A stretch of 59,656 bases of DNA, filler included, from Squatina squatina (taxonomy: Eukaryota): the NCBI GenBank assembly GCA_031763465.1. It is 4 parts of 4 records of this genome, joined end to end, with 100 filler letters (N's around TTAATTAATTAA, not from the genome) between each part and the next. Parts side by side here need not be neighbours in the genome. Positions count along the whole stretch, not along the records: positions 14,341 to 34,011 come from JARFOE010000230.1; positions 34,112 to 47,337 come from JARFOE010000057.1; 2 more parts are not named here. One strand, 5' to 3'. A program made the position numbers and the translations under genes. Below the pieces are notes generated by a model. That model saw only the letters and a list, made by a program, of their open reading frames with translations. It had not been told where the DNA came from and made no database searches. Below, piece by piece: positions 22,646 through 35,180 of this stretch. Within the stretch, counting starts at the first letter, position 1. Every line of letters starts with the position of its first letter.

Positions 22646-25600
22646 TGAGAGCAAACAGGAATTAGGCACGGTCGGCTGTGAGGGTAAACTGAAACAAGCT
22701 TTCAAGCTGAACCACACCTGAAATATGTAGCAAACAAAACACCTGGAAGCGGTTAACTCTTTGCATTCTGCTGAGCTCTGTTTAAGTACAGAGAATGGAT
22801 CTGTCTGAATATCCTTAAATAACACGAAACAGAGGATAGAAATAATGCAAAAACTAAATTCATACGACGAGGCCTTCGCTCTCACATTGTATTCAGCTTC
22901 CTATGTAGGAGCTTTGTTTGCTTAACAGAAATAAATGAATTACTAAGTATTGCATTCCTAAAGCACACACACTCATTGCTGCAAGTAAAGGTCATTTTTC
23001 AAATTTAAAAGGCAGTGATAAACATTGTAGGTCGCACACTCTGGTTNNNNNNNNNNNNNNNNNNNNNNNNNNNNNNNNNNNNNNNNNNNNNNNNNNNNNN
23101 NNNNNNNNNNNNNNNNNNNNNNNNNNNNNNNNNNNNNNNNNNNNNNCATGGAACCCAGATTTCCAGGTTTCCTGTGTGCCAGTGGGCCACTCCTGGTGAG
23201 CCATAATGTTGAAATTCCCCCCATAGTCTCTAGCATCATTCCGAATAGTGTCAAGGCCGTTAATTTGGAATCAGAATTCCTTCAGCTAGGCTATCCCTTC
23301 CTGCAGTCGAGAAGTAGCTTACAGTATAAATATCTATATTTGATTTATAAACTTGCTGTAAGGATTCTTGCAGCTGAAAAGTACCAAGGGTAAGCATTCC
23401 AGTCATTCCTTTGGTGAAAAGGTTTTCGGAGAGCTGCAATAATCCATGGAGCACTTGGAAGGGAAGTAACTGCTGACACAAAACAAGTTTTTAAAGCAAT
23501 ACCAGCAAAGCAAGAACTGCATTGCATTCTTCAATGTAAGGTCAATATGCATTGTTAAGGCATAAGTAATGCTTTAAACTGCAGTGTCAGACATTATTAA
23601 CATTGCTGGGACAGTGGGACTGCCTGTAAAGAACTGTGGGTACTGCCATTTCATTTTATTTGATATCCGCTGACATATACAGAAGCCAGCACTGTCTCAG
23701 GAATTTATATACTCCACTCGGTTACTCAGTAAAAATCAGTTTAGAATAGAGTTCTCCCCTCTATTTATTATTACAGGGTAGCCTTGAAAACATGGACCTA
23801 GAAAGAGTTCATTGTTCATTTATAAGTGAGATTTTAACTAGGAGGACAACCATTCAAACAAAGAGTGGTTTAATACAACATTCTTTGAATAGCGACTGAA
23901 AAATTTCACAAAAAGTGATTTATTTTCTTTCGTTCTTGCTCAGCGAAAACTCCATAAAGTTAACACAACAACTGCCATGACGAGGAATAGCCAAATAGTC
24001 CAGAAACGGCTATTTATTTGAATCAAATCTGGACCTAATTCCATTGAATTTGAATCGGCTTCAATCTAATAAAAGCACTACTTCCCCTAACCAGTTCAAC
24101 GACAACAGAAAACTCAGTGGCCTAGATATTGGTTCGTGAATTGGTCGCAGGAAACAAACGCTGCTCCAAGACTGATAGGCCTGATGCCCAGCCGATACTG
24201 GGCCTCGGGCCTCATTTATATGAGGGCATGAGCTGCAGGCACCTGCTGGGCGTCCCCAGGCAGCTCACCGGCTCAGGCCGCTGCATTGCTGGCAGCAGCC
24301 CTCAGGGAGGTCCTGNNNNNNNNNNNNNNNNNNNNNNNNNNNNNNNNNNNNNNNNNNNNNNNNNNNNNNNNNNNNNNNNNNNNNNNNNNNNNNNNNNNNN
24401 NNNNNNNNNNNNNNNTGTACCCAGAAGGTGTTCCGAGCTACACTAATCCCTGCTGGAGCTGTCAAGATGGTTTAACATCCTCAAACCTGCTAAACTGGTC
24501 CAACTTAACTCTGCACACAAAACTAGTGCCACCCACAGCTAATTAATAGCATAACTTCAAAGAGCTGCCTTTACAATTGATGATGGAGAGAACAGCTGAA
24601 CAGACGTATACCATTTATGCCACGATAGTGTCACATGCACACAACATGCTCATGTTTTCATGGAATAATGGCACGTTTCAAAATGAATTATACCAGGGTT
24701 TTACGAAGACAGAAGACGATTTCCCTCATTTATTGTTCAATAAAAGGGTACTACACCTTTAAGAACTTGAAGGTAAATATATTTGTGGTCACTACTTGTG
24801 CATTTGAGAAATAAAATTATAAATGCTTTCTAAAATTAAAGAGCTTTTATGTTCTCTTAATTCATGAAAATGCTGTTATATGGATGCAGTGTCACTATTA
24901 ATACTCCTAACTCTATAAATTAACTGTGTTGTAGGAAATATATTGAAATCAGGGAAAANNNNNNNNNNNNNNNNNNNNNNNNNNNNNNNNNNNNNNNNNN
25001 NNNNNNNNNNNNNNNNNNNNNNNNNNNNNNNNNNNNNNNNNNNNNNNNNNNNNNNNNNTAATCTGTCTTTTTGTTAATTGACACAATTAGGGAGTTTCGC
25101 TGGGTGAGCTGAATAAATGAAAATGTAATTTTCATACTGTATTACATTCGCGCGCTATGGTTCAGTTATGCCCCATTCTCTAATCCTACTTTGCCTAAAG
25201 ACTACACTTGGTCCTGACTCACCCCCTGCAACACATTTTCAATGTTAAAGGTGTTACATTGTGTGCCATAAAATGTCAATATTATATTGTGTGATGTATT
25301 GTGCAATCTGGCCAATGGATTTCCACAAATTGCTCAAAATGATTTCTGATATTTTTTCATCCTTTTTTCCTCATTAACTGAAATATCTAATGCTAAAATA
25401 AAGGTTTAAGCAAAATTACCATCCAAAAATTATATATTTCATAATAGTGTGATTAAATGCATCCACTGAATTGTCCTTTGTATGTTTTTAATGCCTTCAC
25501 TCACTAAAGTTTTAGTTGAAAGCCTCAGCCACCACCAAAAGCCTAGGCTTGGGCTTGATATTTTTGCCCAGAACTGTGGTTTTGTGAGTTGAGTTGAGTT

Positions 25601-25757
25601 GGCTAGTGCAGGCAGAAATTGGTTTCGGCTAGTTTTTGGGACCAATAGAGGCGATGTGCTGCAAGCTGCTTTGTGCTCTAGTCTTTTTTCATTTAGCATT
25701 AATTTCTTTTAAAAAAATACATAGTTTGAAATTTGAAGTGAAATAATTATCTACAAT

Positions 25758-25820
25758 AAAAACAGAAAATGCTGGACATATTCAGCAAGCCAGGCAGAAT
25801 CTGTGGCGAGAGAAACTGTG
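25758..25820. repeat. Short fragment of a common chondrichthyan interspersed repeat (possibly a Penelope-like terminus)
   Basis: aaaaacagaaaatgctggacatattcagcaagccaggcagaatctgtggcgagagaaac, recognised from recall. The purine-rich start of segment 2 (14341-14560) probably belongs to the same family. Confidence 0.4.
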
Positions 25821-27009
25821 TTTGGCAAAACACTGGTGATGGTCTGTACTTGAAAAAAATGAATGCTGTGTTTGGTGAAAAATTACCTTGGAAACTTCAG
25901 TTAAATTGAAGAAAGAAATCAAAAATATGTTTTAAATAGGGTTAAGTAATTGCCCAAGCTTCCTAACCTGAAACTAGAATATTTACTGGCCTCTTTTTAT
26001 TAAGAATGGAATTGTAATTATCACAATATGAAGTTACATTACAGTTACAAGAATGATAGGCCACAAAGGAACACAAACCGTTTCCCACTTTCTTGCTGTC
26101 AGTTTTGTGTTTCGCAGACTATATGGCTCACCTTAACTGAAAGTGGCTAAGAAACACGTTTAACAATCAGAAATTGTGTCGGACTTCAACTCATTGAATG
26201 ATTTTCTTTTTCCACTGCTCTGGCATTAACCTGTTTTAAAATTGGATGGCCCCTCTTTCTTTCGTGAAAAAAGCCAGTCCTGGCCCTGCGTAACATCACC
26301 GAGGGCATTTTTCTTTCACAATCATGTATAGCAGAACTGCTTCCTTTGTAGCTGCAATTAAACTGGAAATGTAAACCTCTCCACGAGTTCCTTCAACAAA
26401 GCAGGTATTTCTGTTTTCATGGCTCTTTCTTTAATCCAGTTCCCGCTGACTCCTTGGAGATTTCTATTCACAGTTTCATTATGCATTCATGGTAGGGACA
26501 AACGTTTTCTATACTCCCTTGTTTTAGCCAAATGCGGTTCTCTTAAATTCCTGGAAGCCCTAACTGGGATCCATTCTTTTCTTCCTCTTTCTATTCACGT
26601 CCTGTGAAATGATTGCAAGTCCATTATTTTGTTGAAGAGCTGATTAAGACTCAAGTGGTTTGGCAAGGTCTTGTTTCCCCTTTACTGATCAACATAAATG
26701 GATGCTGCCCATGTTCTATGGAACAAAGCCTTCCTTAGGCCTGTCACGTAAACCTGTGACATTTTGGCAATCTGACTGGTCAGATATAAAATGATCGGAT
26801 TATCAACATTGTTGGTAAAATAAAGGTGCGTGTGTTTGTTTTGCGCAACAAGTTTCTCTGCTGGACAACATAGCCGTGATCAGCAGCCAGGAAATCGGGG
26901 GCTGGAATGTTCTCTCACACATTGTGCACCACATGTTATCTTCCTGTTGAGCTGAAATACTCTCAGACAAGACATACAGTAGTTTCATTTCAAGGAAGTT
27001 ACCCCGATT

Positions 27010-27525
27010 TTCTATAAATCACTGGTTAGGCCTCAGATGGAGTACTGTGTCCTATTCTGGGCACCACACTTTCGGAAGGAAGACAAGACCTTGGAGAGGA
27101 GACTTGCCAGAATTATACCAGGGGTGAGAGACGTCAATTGTGTGGAGACACCAGAGAAGCTAGTATTGTTTTCCTTAGAACAGAGAAAGTTAAGGAAAGA
27201 TTTGATAGAGGTGTTCAAAATGATGAGAGTAAATAAAGAGAGCTAGCAGGAGGGTTCATAACCAGAGGATACAGATTTAAGATAATTGGCAAAAGAATGT
27301 TTTTACGCATCAAGTTGTTATGATCTGGAATGCATGGCCTGACAGGGTAATGGAAGCAGATTCAACACTAAGTTTTAAACAGGAATTGGTTACATACGTG
27401 AAAAGGAAACATCTGCAGTACCATAGAGAAAGAGCAGGGCAGTGGGACTATTTGAATAGCTCTTTGAAAGAGCAGCACATGCAGAATGGACCAAATGGCC
27501 TCATTCTGTGCTGTATGATTCTGTG
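27010..27525 (+). mobile_element. CR1 LINE 3' fragment (ORF2 C-terminus and tail)
   Basis: YKSLVRPQMEYCVLFWAPHFRKE..., LFSLEQRKLRKDLIEVFKMM, and tail ggaccaaatggcctcattctgtgctgtatgattctgtga. Confidence 0.85.
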
Positions 27526-30500
27526 AATCTGTGATTTTATGAAAATTATAATGTAATGAGATGGAAAAGAGCGCAGGTGTGATTTCCCAATTTTCTCCCT
27601 GGGATTTCACAGTTCACTCAATTCACCTCTATAAAGTGGGCACTGATATTCAGGCAGGATTTGGGCGAACAGGCAGTTAATTTTAAAGGAGATCCGTTGT
27701 ATTTTTAATTGGAGCATATATAAAGCAGACTTTAAATTTGGGTTTGCGAGAGCTGAATTTTTTATTGTTTTTGGGGAGTATCTTAATTTTTGACGGTTTC
27801 TTTCAGCCTTGTAATTTTGGTAAGAAGATTTTGAATTGTTCCAAATATAGTTTGGGATCTGGGAATTCCAATACGCCTTCTTCTCTTTTTATGTTATTTG
27901 GAAGGAGGGATACAAACCAGGTTCATCAGTACNNNNNNNNNNNNNNNNNNNNNNNNNNNNNNNNNNNNNNNNNNNNNNNNNNNNNNNNNNNNNNNNNNNN
28001 NNNNNNNNNNNNNNNNNNNNNNNNNNNNNNNNTAACGTCTCATCCGAAAGAGGGCACTTCCGGCAGTGCAGCACTCCATCAGCACTGCACTGGAGTGTCA
28101 GCATCAAAAGTTATTGTTGTATTTTCACGATCTGGATCTGAGCATGCGTAAATCTACTCATTCAAGGTCAACTCATCCTTCGCATACCACCAGCATAATG
28201 ATATATTTACAACATATTTCGTGCTCTCTGGTGCAACCTTCCTGGATATGCTGTATCAAATTCGCTGCAGCAGTGACAGAACACAATGCAGATGTCACTG
28301 TTCAAGACATTAATAATGTCTGCTTGAAAATCAGAATATGATACACCTCTGTGTATGTGACCTCTTCGCAAGAAGCCAAACTCCCCAAAGGCAGATAGAA
28401 TCAGTTCAAAGTGTAATTTATCTGGTCTGTTACATTTCTAAGCTGGGACTTCTTTCACTCCCTTGGATTGGCCATTAAAACACATTAAAGACACCTATTT
28501 CATTACGTATTATTTACATGTTACTGCTGGATTACAATTTCTAGCCCCATAATAAGGAAGTGAACTTTCCTTCCACTTTATCCATTTGCTTCCAGTAACA
28601 ACATTTAAAGTGACTGCCTGTTTCCTACATCTAGATCCTGAACAAAAGATACAGCTATAATTATCAAGCTTTCTGGAACTTGCCGGAGAAGCTGAAGAAG
28701 AAACTATTATATCTGGATGTGTGTTAATTAAACCTTGTTTGTACATTTTCTGGGTGCCAGCATATCCTTCACCTTGCTAGGAAGATATCNNNNNNNNNNN
28801 NNNNNNNNNNNNNNNNNNNNNNNNNNNNNNNNNNNNNNNNNNNNNNNNNNNNNNNNNNNNNNNNNNNNNNNNNNNNNNNNNNNNNNNNNCAAAAAGCTAT
28901 TCTTACCCTATCAGTGACTGCACTGTTGGGGTAGGAGAGGTTCATGTGGTATGTCAAACACTGCTGGTTTAATTTAATTAAGTTTTCAGAAATGTATGGG
29001 TCTATTGATTGTAAGACCATCTTATGACTTAGTGACAGAGATTGATCTGTCACCATTTTCTATTTTTAATGAGAGTAAGTTTCAACATTGTGAAAATCGT
29101 TGGTGCTATTCGTAGTACTTAAATTGTTTTTCCCCTTGAGTTGTCCCAGTCTTGGTACTGGCCATTCAAACTGAACCTGTGAAGTGTGCGAATATATAGT
29201 AATTCTTCCCTGTTCTTCTGATACTTCAGCGGGATGAAAAATCTATCCTTTACGCAGAGTTATCAATGATGCCATCTCTGGATATTAAACTAATCACAGT
29301 AAATACAAGACTCTGCTTTTGACAAGGATGCCAGAGGTTTCCTGCTCCAGTTGCCCATTTATAAATGATTTAGACTGAGCAATCTAACCCCCATTCCTGG
29401 CAAAATCACAACTGATCTCTCGGGATGGGGTGGGAAGGTCTGTCTGTATTTTAATCGTGTTCATGAATATTCTGTAAAATAAATATCCTCTCCTGTACTT
29501 TTCACTCATTCCTGGCAACACGAGATTTTAGAGAATTGAGCAGACCGACGATATGATTTCTTTTGGAGGGCTGGAAGGTAAAACACAAGATCGATCCCTG
29601 TGCCTGAACGAGTAGGCCCAGGGATCACCTGATATTGAGCCTCAGGCCTCATTTAAATTACACGGGCGAGCTTCAGATGCTTAATAGGAACACCCANNNN
29701 NNNNNNNNNNNNNNNNNNNNNNNNNNNNNNNNNNNNNNNNNNNNNNNNNNNNNNNNNNNNNNNNNNNNNNNNNNNNNNNNNNNNNNNNNNNNNNNNAATT
29801 TAATGAAAATTGTGTGAGGGCTTTTATTACCTTAATGTGTGGATATGCTCATCCCTGGGACACACCACTAAATACGTCTTTCACCCAGTTCAACCAATTC
29901 TCAATGTCAGACATTCGATCAACAAGAGAAACAAAAACCAACTACATTGCCATAGAAAAGAACAAAGAGTGGGGTTTCAACATACAGGTCAACCGAGCCC
30001 ACTTTCAGGAAGCTCCCAGTGACCCACTCTATAAGCAGAAATCTGGAACAAGTCACTTGCCCACATCTTTTGCTGGGATGTAGCTCTTGGCTTAAAAATG
30101 AGGGGGAAAGCATAAAACGTATTTTTACTATGCCAACTTTCAGAGTAATTGTGCTTGCCAAAAGTTCCGCTGTCACTCTCCAATTGGCCTGGGGCGTCAC
30201 TATCGAGAAGTAATTGTAGGAAAGCTGTAAATAGCTGTCATTGCAAGAACAGACAAATACAATGCAGAGGGCAGGAAGGTTAAGGAAAAGCAAGAAAGAA
30301 GGACAAATAATAAATTAGGCATAGAGGTAAGAATAAAGTATAGTTAATTCTGCTTTATTACAGCCCTAATGAATCATTCAATCCATTAATGCTCATCCTT
30401 CCAGTACATTAAAAGCCACGGTATAAAAAGGCTTTGATATTGGTCTTTTAAGTTGAATTTGGTGAGCAGGCTCCTTCCTGGTGCTTGTGCTGCTAACTTT

Positions 30501-31841
30501 AGTTTATGTAGACTAGCAGCAAACACATTAGGGTATATCCTCTGAAAGTCCCTGATTTTTGGGTGTTGTCGTTCAAAAAATTGGTTCGACACCCACAATG
30601 CCAGAACTAAAACTTGATCCATCAGCGCAGTGGATCGCTTCTGAACATTTTCCTGGCCGTGACATCTTTCCTAAAGTAAGACACCCAAAACTTGGCACAG
30701 TTTTCTAACTGTGGGCTCACCAGTTATTGAACTTCCTCCTGCACTGTTTCCAATCATGCAGTGCTATGGAGGTGGTATTCACACCATCTCCCATTCCTCC
30801 TAGGCTGCTCTTCCTGAGGGTCTTCGGCACTCAATGCCAAGGAGGGACTGCCTCCCCTGCCTTACTGCTTGATCATCCCACTGGGCAACCAGACTGCTCT
30901 TTGGCTCTGTCCACTTCTTAAACTTTGCCTTTCTCATAGAAGCTTACTCTCTTCTAAATGTTAAATCCTGTAGCAATCCGTGATTCCTTGCTCACTAACA
31001 TATAAGCTTCCAGTCATAAGAACATAAGGCACAGGAGCAGGAGTAGGCCATTCGGCCCCTCAAGCCTGCTCCGCCATTCAACTAGATCATGGCTGATCTT
31101 CTATCTCAACGCATTTTCCTGCACTATCCCCATGTCCCTTGAAGTCTTTAATATTTAGAGCCGGAACCTCACCCACCGTATTTAAATTAGACTGCCTACA
31201 AAAATGATTGTGGGGCAGATTGTGCAGGTGTGATTCATGCACTACCCGACTTCTGTGAGAAGGAAAAATCCTCGCTGCTAAATTTACAAGTCTGCTACCC
31301 GTTCATGGAAATCCGATTGAACAACATAAAAAGGCAGGAGCCAGCTTGTGGAATCTAAATTAAAGGACCAATATTAAAGAGCCTTATTTTTATTTTAAAT
31401 GTTTTTGTTTTGTAGATTATTCCAAATGTTTCCCAAAATAAAACCTTCGTTAAAGAGTTTTCATGATGTCTGTTCTACATTTACTGCTCATCATTTCCAG
31501 TTGCATCATCTGATCCAGTTGCTTGATGCCCTATGAAGTAATATTTGAGGTTTATTTTTTCCATGCCATTGAATGTTTCATATACTTCAAGGAGGTCCTC
31601 CTTTTATGTCTGTCTTCAAGATAGAAAAGCTTTTTCCCTTCCTCCACTTTTCACCAGCATGGCCTACTCCTGCTCCTATTTCTTATGTTCATACGTTCTG
31701 TGAGTTCTGTGGGTCCTTAAAATGTGACTAATTGATGGCTGNNNNNNNNNNNNNNNNNNNNNNNNNNNNNNNNNNNNNNNNNNNNNNNNNNNNNNNNNNN
31801 NNNNNNNNNNNNNNNNNNNNNNNNNNNNNNNNNNNNNNNNN

Positions 31842-32195
31842 CTTTCCTCATAGCTAAAATTCTCCAGTCCAGGCAACATCCTCATAAATCTCCTCTAAAT
31901 CATCCCCAGTGCAGTCACATCTTTCCTGTAATGTAGTGACCAGAACTGCATGCAGTACTCTAGCTGTGGTCTAACTAGTGTAAGCTTATGATAACAGCCC
32001 CATAACTGGCTTTTGCCATGTCTTCCTGGGTTCGTGGGAACATTGTTCCCCCCAGAGGAGATCACAATTTCAGGGCCATTGTGTATTCCCTTTCCTTGTT
32101 AGTCCTACCCAAATGCATTATCTCACGCATTTCCAGATTGAATTCCATTTACCACTGTTCTGCCCACCTGACCAGTCAATTAATATCTTCCTGCA
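31842..32195 (-). mobile_element. CR1 LINE ORF2 fragment
   Basis: Minus strand reads LVRPQLEYCMQFWS and RMLPGLENFSYEE; upstream part resembles WxMEFNLEMREIMHLG. Confidence 0.8.
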
Positions 32196-32209
32196 GTTTA
32201 CAGCTTTTT

Positions 32210-32424
32210 TAAAAATTCATTCCTGGGATGTGGGTGTTGCTGGCAAGGCCAGCATTTATTGTCCATCCCTAGTTGCCCTTGAGAAGGTGGCGATGAGCTG
32301 CCTTCTTGAACTGCTGTAGTAGTGGTTGTTTATAACTGAGTGGCTTGCTAGGCGATTTCAGAGGGCAGATAAGAGTCAACCACATTGCTGTGGGTCTGGA
32401 GTCATATGTAGGCCAGACCAGGTA
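32210..32424 (-). mobile_element. LINE 3' tail fragment (second CR1-like family)
   Basis: ttcattcctgggatgtgggtgttgctggcaaggccagcatttattg... Shares ggcag(t/a)taagagtcaaccacattgctg with 44375-44760. Confidence 0.55.
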
Positions 32425-32969
32425 NNNNNNNNNNNNNNNNNNNNNNNNNNNNNNNNNNNNNNNNNNNNNNNNNNNNNNNNNNNNNNNNNNNNNNNNNNNN
32501 NNNNNNNNNNNNNNNNNNNNNNNNCTGCATTGGCAGCAGGTGCCCAAGCTGAGAGAACTGAGACCGGTCCGAAAATGTGGGGCATTGCAAAACTGTTTTA
32601 AACCAATCCTAAATATCTTGTCCATAGTAAGTAGAAATTAGTTCTTGCAGTGTAACAATTCCCCGTTTACACCATCCATATGCTCTGTGAAGCCACAATG
32701 TACTTCTCACAGCCATTTTAGCTGTTCTTATCATGGTCTCCCATTGCTGAAGCATGGGCCACTCTTCATTTTCCAGCTTTTCTTATTTGGGCCACAGCTA
32801 TTTACAATCTATATTAATGACTTAGATGAAGGGACTGAGTGTAACATATCCAAGTTGGCAACCCTGATCTGAAGTGTCTCCAACACCTCTGGAAAACCAC
32901 AGAAGCAGTCCACTCATTTGATAATCCACAATACAGCCAAAAAGTACAAAATTCTCCAGGGCTAAAATG

Positions 32970-33250
32970 CACACAGCAGTGAATCTGGCGAAGCAACATG
33001 AGGCCATGTCGGGAAGCAAAGAAAAAGCTCGAATAGAGGTTAGAGTGGAGTTAAAGAATCTGTTGCCTAAGGCTGCAGAGAGGCTTCTCTGATTCGTTAC
33101 AGCAATGTATTATGAATAAGATGACAAGCCCAGCAGCCTTCCAGCAGGCACCTTTCAGTAGCAGTGCCAGTGTAGAATTCATAAGAAAAGTGAATGGCAA
33201 CCTCACCTCTGATTCAAACAAAATCAAAAAGGAGTTTACAAATTTGACAC
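32970..33250 (+). mobile_element. Degenerate L1/Tx1-clade LINE ORF2 fragment (between endonuclease and RT)
   Basis: ELKNLLPKAAERLL*..YYE*DDKPSSL and IRKVNGNLTSDSNKIKKEF resemble the L1-type 'YYEQGDKPxKLLA ... GxLTSDPxxIxxEF' segment, with stops and frameshifts. Confidence 0.55.
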
Positions 33251-33860
33251 TTCGCAAACCACCCTTCAACTCTCACCGGCGGATGCTCACTGATTTGAAG
33301 CATTAATGCACTCGACAGAGATCCAGGCAGCAATAAGTTGGTCGCAGCCTCGTAAAGCACAGAGACATGACAAGCTACCCACAATTCTAAAAAAAATCCT
33401 AATTCCTGAGTCAACATCAATGTTGCTGAAACTCCTCTAGGTCATAACATTCTCCCAGAAACATTCTGTCTTCATAATTTTCTGTCATAAGAAATACCTG
33501 TACTGTACATCAGCTTCGTTACAAAACATCAACTTCTAGTCGTCACAATGAACACCTGTACACCATATACAAGTTTATGCTACATTCACGTTCTTTAAGA
33601 CATTGAAATTCATTAGTATTGACATTTTCATGGCAGTCTTCAATAGCAATGATCATTTTTAAGAGAAACAAATTAAGTCTTGTCCATTTTAGTTTAGCTG
33701 AAAATCTGTACTGTTGCCTAGCAACATTGAGCTCTAATAAAGTGGCATAATGCTTAGTTCCATCAGTACCACGTGTCAAATGCAGTGCACTATGGGATAG
33801 TGTTCCTTTCGCTCCATTCGTTTTATCCAGATACTGGCAACCAATCGTGAAAGAGTGGCT

Positions 33861-34010
33861 TCAATCTGTGGACAATTCACAAGGGTTTTCGTCTTTGTCC
33901 CTTGCTTCTTTGTAGATCCTTCTGAAGTCCTTGTATCGGGGTGCACAGCTGAGCTGGGCCTCACCAAAATGCATGCTGCCTGTGAACAGGAAGTCCCCTT
34001 CTCCTTCCTT
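33861..34010 (-). CDS. METRNL: METRNL (meteorin-like) C-terminal part of last exon
   Basis: Not in the ORF track. Encodes KEGEGDFLFTGSMHFGEAQLSCAPRYKDFRRIYKEARDKDENPCELSTD*, versus recalled human GHGDFLFTGHMHFGEARLGCAPRFKDFQRMYRDAQERGLNPCEVGTD*. Confidence 0.92.
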   Translation of the reverse strand, partial: KEGEGDFLFTGSMHFGEAQLSCAPRYKDFRRIYKEARDKDENPCELSTD

Positions 34011-34055
34011 GNNNNNNNNNNNNNNNNNNNNNNNNNNNNNNNNNNNNNNNNNNNN

Positions 34056-34067
34056 TTAATTAATTAA
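34056..34067. other. Artificial scaffold-joining linker
   Basis: TTAATTAATTAA within N runs. Confidence 0.95.
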
Positions 34068-35137
34068 NNNNNNNNNNNNNNNNNNNNNNNNNNNNNNNNN
34101 NNNNNNNNNNNAGACAGTGCCCCTGCTTCATCTAAGACCAAATGGAATGGACGAAACTGCAACAGGAAGTTTAATGACCAGCACTGTGGATTCCAAATTT
34201 GATCTTATGCTGGGGGAGGGTGGCAGGAGGCAGAACAGTGCTGACCTACTTGAGCATTTTGTTTCTTTAAATATCACCAAAAAAACACATTCCTTCTGCA
34301 GTCATTAATATTACGTCTGGTAGTTATGTCCTATTTGTTATCCACTCCCTACCCATGCGTGTTAGATTTCAGCAATAAGTTGGGGAGCATTACACCTGAA
34401 TTTGTGTGAAAGGTTGTACCTCCCTGACCAGCAACAATACGATCGGATTATAATGGCCATTTTATACAAATGAAAGAATATCAGCAACTCCCATTAAAAA
34501 AAAAAGAGGTTGCGTCATGGGTGAGATGTTTGTGCACCACCAGCATGCAGTGCAAACTACAGTATAGTTTGAAATGACTTGCAAAATGCCATGTGTTGCT
34601 GGATAAGTTTTTCACACATGTGCAGTAAATGCTTAGATTTCCGGGCACCAAAATTCCCACAATTGCCCGTTACCCCCAATTGTGATTTCCTCAGCGAATA
34701 CTGTAGCAATCTATTGGATGGGATGAGAAAATAAATGACAGAGATGGGAAGATATAATTCATGCCACAAAGGGTGCACTGGTTATGTTGCCACTCAGATT
34801 GGTGATCCAGTTTATACCCAATGTTTGTGTCGGTTCGTGTTAAAATTCACACTTAACCTAAACAACTTGAATGCAGTACTGTCACATGAAACCTCTGGAA
34901 CACAGTTTACTATTTAAATGTTATTGTAGGTTTTTTAATTATTCTAAGCATTTATTCAAGCTATCTAAATAATTACTCAAGTGTTATCATTGCATTTCAG
35001 GTTAAGAAATGCCTAGAGAGGTATTGGGAGAGGGAAGCTCCAACTGAGTTTGGTTATACATGGATGCTTCCTTGGATAAAAACACTATTTGTGGCACAGT
35101 AGCAACTGATTTTTTATTTCTTTTAACTTTAAATAAG

Positions 35138-35180
35138 ATCACAGCACTTGGATGTTTACGACACATTATTTATGCTGTAG
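35138..35180 (+). CDS. Possible terminal coding exon of a TOM1-family gene (TOM1L1 by synteny)
   Basis: T-rich tract and aag| acceptor. Phase-2 frame reads SQHLDVYDTLFML*, resembling the TOM1 (DDDMLFAL*) and TOM1L2 (EDALFAL*) ends. AATAAA at 35687-35692; convergent with COX11 like human TOM1L1. Confidence 0.35.

Noticed and set aside
22646-22885. N-terminal extension of the 360-aa TRIM ORF (MRAKASS...)
   Set aside because: It begins at a non-ATG codon and crosses a splice acceptor at 22718. The ATG at 22645 fits typical TRIM starts.
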